64,000 nt of DNA from Tubulanus polymorphus (taxonomy: Eukaryota > Animalia > Nemertea). Position numbers and translations under genes: made by a program. Positions 60,335 through 64,000 of this stretch are shown here, piece by piece. The DNA lies in the NCBI RefSeq assembly GCF_964204645.1, contig NC_134031.1, positions 4,464,001 to 4,528,000 of the forward strand, read 5' to 3'. The notes below the pieces were generated by a model that ran no database searches, had not been told where the DNA came from, and worked only from the letters and a program-made list of their open reading frames with translations. Position 1 is the stretch's first letter. Each line of letters opens with the position of its first letter.

Positions 60335-60660
60335 ATATTTAAGCAACACGGATCGAATCGTCCATTTATTTAAGCAACGCGCCTACAACGATTTGCCCAC
60401 AAAGTCCATTTATTTAACCAAATCGTCAACGCGAGTACCCAACGCGACCAAATCGCTCATCAAAGCGCTTTGATTCAATTTGCTACGACAGTGGAGCGTT
60501 CGGTGATAGATTAAAAACAAAATGGCGGCTTTTTCAATCGCAGAAAATTCAGGTTCCGGTCGTGGAGAGTAGGGTCATTTATTTAAGGCGATTCGATTTG
60601 TACCACGTGACAGTAATCGACGGAGCAAAGCGATTTTATACGAGTTGCTTAAATAAAAAC
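60335..60660. repeat. Inverted-repeat element with an internal duplication
   Basis: atttaagcaac...cg (twice) / cgagttgcttaaata, and gtccatttatttaa repeated. Confidence 0.55.
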
Positions 60661-63600
60661 GCCTTATGTATTTAGATGTATAACAATAAAGTAATAGTCA
60701 CATTTTTTTAAGTGGAGAGGTCAAGGAAATGTGTTCACGATCAATTACTTATTTTTATTCTGGTGTATTAATGTCATGGAGTTAGTTATTTCAGAATCAA
60801 AACGTTTGTGGAATTTCTCTTTGAAATCAAGAAACATCTTTGTTTGATTTTAATTAGGCTTAATTGATAGGCAGACTTTTGTGGTAACTAGGCCCATAAT
60901 AAGCCTGATCCTATTTAGGGCACTTTATTATTTTGCACTAACGATCATTTTTCACCTTTCACAGAAAACCATTTCTCGATAACGAGCCTAATAATTCAAT
61001 ATTGAAGAAATGGCGTATTCGCCGTTAAACAACAGTTAAGACTACATTAAGCTTTTGCCTGAAATTGTACGAGAGCTTTTCAAAACATAATCTACTACAA
61101 AGACAACAAAGTGATATACCTTTGTTAAATATTTATATATTTACCGATGTGCCTAGGCACGCCGTTATGACTTTGAGTCTATTGTCATGAAGAGCCCATG
61201 ATTTTTATATAGCCCCTCACTGCTCAGACACGTTCAATAAGTCAATATTTTAAAGCTTATGCTTTTTTTTTGTTAGGAAAATGAACTACGTATAAATGAC
61301 TATTTAAAAACGTTCCGCTGTTGAGTTCATGCTCGAATGAACTCATTGAAGAATGAAATGACATTGATTCTAACTGGTTCAACATTTCACCTGTATTTAT
61401 AACACTTAGTGAATATCGATGATGATGCTAATTAGCCATTGGCCTCGACTCAACTGTAATCTATTCAATCAGGAGGTTCCCATCAGTTGTAAGCTGGGAT
61501 TTTAAAGGGGCTGTATTGATCGTTAAGCGTATGACATCATGGCTGCTGAAAAAGTAGCGAGGCCCCCCCCCCCCCCCTAAAAAAAAGTACAAAAAATTAA
61601 GTTTAATTTGGTGTAATCTTCTATAATTTTTCACATTGAGCTAAACATACTTAAAAAGCAATTCATGGATGGAATATTGACAATGACATCCACTCTGGTA
61701 GGGGCTGCAGATATTTCATGTCTGGTGGCTGATTCTCAGAGGAGCAATAAGAATGATAGGTGGCCGCCCCTCAAAAACCTGTTGTGGAGAACACTCACTG
61801 CCACCCTAGAATTCCTTGATTCAACCTTTATTTTCAGTGAAATAAAAGTAATTCAGGATTTTCTCGTAATTCTATTTTCTTAGATTTGGCCAATTTGTGA
61901 GAATAGTCCAATAAACCAGTACTAAGCCTATCAGACCTTCTCACTCCCATGTTGGAAAAATCTTTTACATTTTTCCTTATTTCGATAGGTCTGCCCACTG
62001 CTATCTCAAAACGAAAAACCGAATGCCAGTGTAGTCTCCTGTGCTTTTATTTGAAAGCATTTTGAGAACTTGAAGGTTTGAAGAAGATGTTCAAATCTTT
62101 TATCCATTTCATTTCCCAAGAAAATCCTCGGTATACTGACTGAGTGAACTCATCATGGATAAAGCTATGAATTCATTATAAAGCGTAGGTCAAATATTTC
62201 ATTTCGGGCGGGATTGTAACCCGTTTTAAGTTTAAGCAAATAATCTAGAGCTACCTCAGTGTATAAATAACAGTACATGCCGGTTGTATGTGTGTGTGAT
62301 ATATGGAAACATTTCAGGATTTAATACATTATTGTTACCGGTTTAAGGGGGAACTGTCACCGGGTTTTATTGTGCTTAAGCCGCTACAAACATGAATGAA
62401 ATTAGAAGATTTACAACAAGTGCGTTCAATTCTATATCGCCGCCTGTTATGAGGTCACGGCGATCTTTCGCTGAACGCAATACGTTCGACGCAAGGCGCT
62501 CCGCGTAAAGCTCCGGATTTCGATAATAGCTCGGAGAATACGCCAGGTATGTTCGAAATAATACTACATGTTTCTTACTCGGTGCTTCTCAACTTATATT
62601 CTGTTGGTAGCGTGAACTTCAACTAAGTCGAATTAAGGCAACTGGCCCTGCTTTGAGTATTATATTCGCGCATGTAGCCTATATATGTGGCCAGTGGCTT
62701 GTTCTTGTAGAGACCAGGTCCAGGACATTAGAATCGATATCAATAACCTCTTCGACCTGGGAACTCATATATCATATATTATGCCCTATAGGTATTGTTT
62801 TCAGACATAGCACTTAACTTTTTGAATATTTTATCTGGCCTATGACTGTTTTTGTTGTAGTGTTTATGCCCTCGAGGTATCACGAGTACTGATTAGCTTA
62901 GCTTCTTTCAGTCATTCTATGCTAAACAGCATGTATCTACTCTCATTGACGTCTGCGCTGAACAAGGAGGCCCCTAGGTCTTTATCTTGCTCTTTTGAAA
63001 CCTTTTTTTCTGAATATCGAAAGATTTCTATTATTAAGGCCGGCTGGAAGGCTTGATAAGTTATTGGCAAATTGAGCTCGCGGCTTTATAAATAAATATG
63101 AACTACTTTATATTCTTGATCTTAATTTATGAATTAACTGTCCCTAGACTTCGTCGTCGACTGCTTCGATTAACCTATCATCATTAATGTCAAGAGCTCC
63201 GGAAATTTAAAATACATGCGCGCCATGATAATATTAGAATGTCAAATGCCGTGTTAACCGTACTTATAGTTCGAAATATCATGAAGACAATTTGTGAAGC
63301 TTAGAATACAATATCTTTTGCATGGATTTTTTTTTTAATCGCTAGATGGTGATTGCTTGTTGCCGTTAGACATTTTCCGATATCCCCTTGATATATATAT
63401 ATATCTGCTGTATATGTCGTCATGGAGACACGTGTATCTTACTCATAGGATTACGCGTTTTTGTCGGCAGTTTGCGTGTTGTATTCATTCATTCGTTTAA
63501 TTAGAAATCAATTGGCGTTTTATGACGATCGATTTTCCGGTCAAATCGTGCTCTTTGATTAATAACGCAGCGATGAATCAGAAAAATAATGTAGTTTTTC

Positions 63601-63730
63601 CGTACCGAATGAAGTTGTTCGTATCGCGGTCTGTCTGGGTGTACACGCGCTAGCTTTTCGCGTCATCGGAAACTTTGTTAAAAACTTTGTTCTTAACGAG
63701 CCAAAGTCTTGGAGTTTTACAGTCCATAAA

Positions 63731-63966
63731 TTGGGGCCGGTTACATTAGTCATGGCTTAGATTTTAGACCAACTTTGTTCTCTATGTACTGTAGCTAATC
63801 TGACAACCATTTTTGGACCTAAGCCACCCTGTGTCCGGTTCCATTAAGTTGAGACGTGTGGTCTTAAATCTTAAGCCTGGTTTTAAGTTGTTTGATTAGC
63901 TTTAGAACAGAGTTGGTGTTAGACTGGTCTTAAGTCTAAGCCATGACTTCATCGAACTGGCCCCCT
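63731..63966. mobile_element. MITE-like element, family of 3933-4071
   Basis: ggggccggtt...agtcatggcttaga / tctaagccatgact...aactggcccc termini. Confidence 0.75.
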
Positions 63967-64000
63967 GGAATTTGCGGAAATATTTTGGATTTTATGTAGG

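Noticed and set aside
59600-63670. Possible first exons of further genes (+ donor aag|gtaagt near 60138; - donor near 63442 with a GC-rich region upstream)
   Set aside because: Isolated donor-like sites with no downstream coding exons that could be assembled inside the window.

Overview
This is eukaryotic genomic DNA from an invertebrate animal: AT-rich, GT-AG introns, no obvious CpG depletion. A marine bilaterian source is an inference only. The ORF track is mostly noise because the genes are spliced, so gene models were assembled by hand from splice sites and exon-phase arithmetic. Genes: (1) 3' end of a divergent zinc alcohol dehydrogenase (+, <1-1004). (2) A complete 12-exon dopamine/tyramine beta-hydroxylase (+, 1760-9372). 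(3) A small single-pass membrane microprotein (+, 13010/16500-17515). (4) A 292-aa TIR + beta-trefoil fusion protein with the TIR NADase glutamate intact (-, 22940-24520). (5) A divergent allatostatin-C/somatostatin-type neuropeptide precursor split by an 18.5-kb intron (-, 27720-46584). (6) A ~830-aa disordered RPxSA-repeat protein with a duplicated alternative last exon (+, 49205-55228/56175). (7) A cathepsin-L-family protein whose catalytic Cys is Ser, giving a silicatein-type Ser-His-Asn triad (-, 56273-58406). Non-coding DNA holds many MITE-like inverted repeats, (TA)n microsatellites, and a TSD-flanked palindromic element with a minimal hammerhead ribozyme on each strand (4581-4798). The strongest novelty candidates are the TIR/beta-trefoil protein, the Ser-triad cathepsin, the neuropeptide and the twin-hammerhead element.
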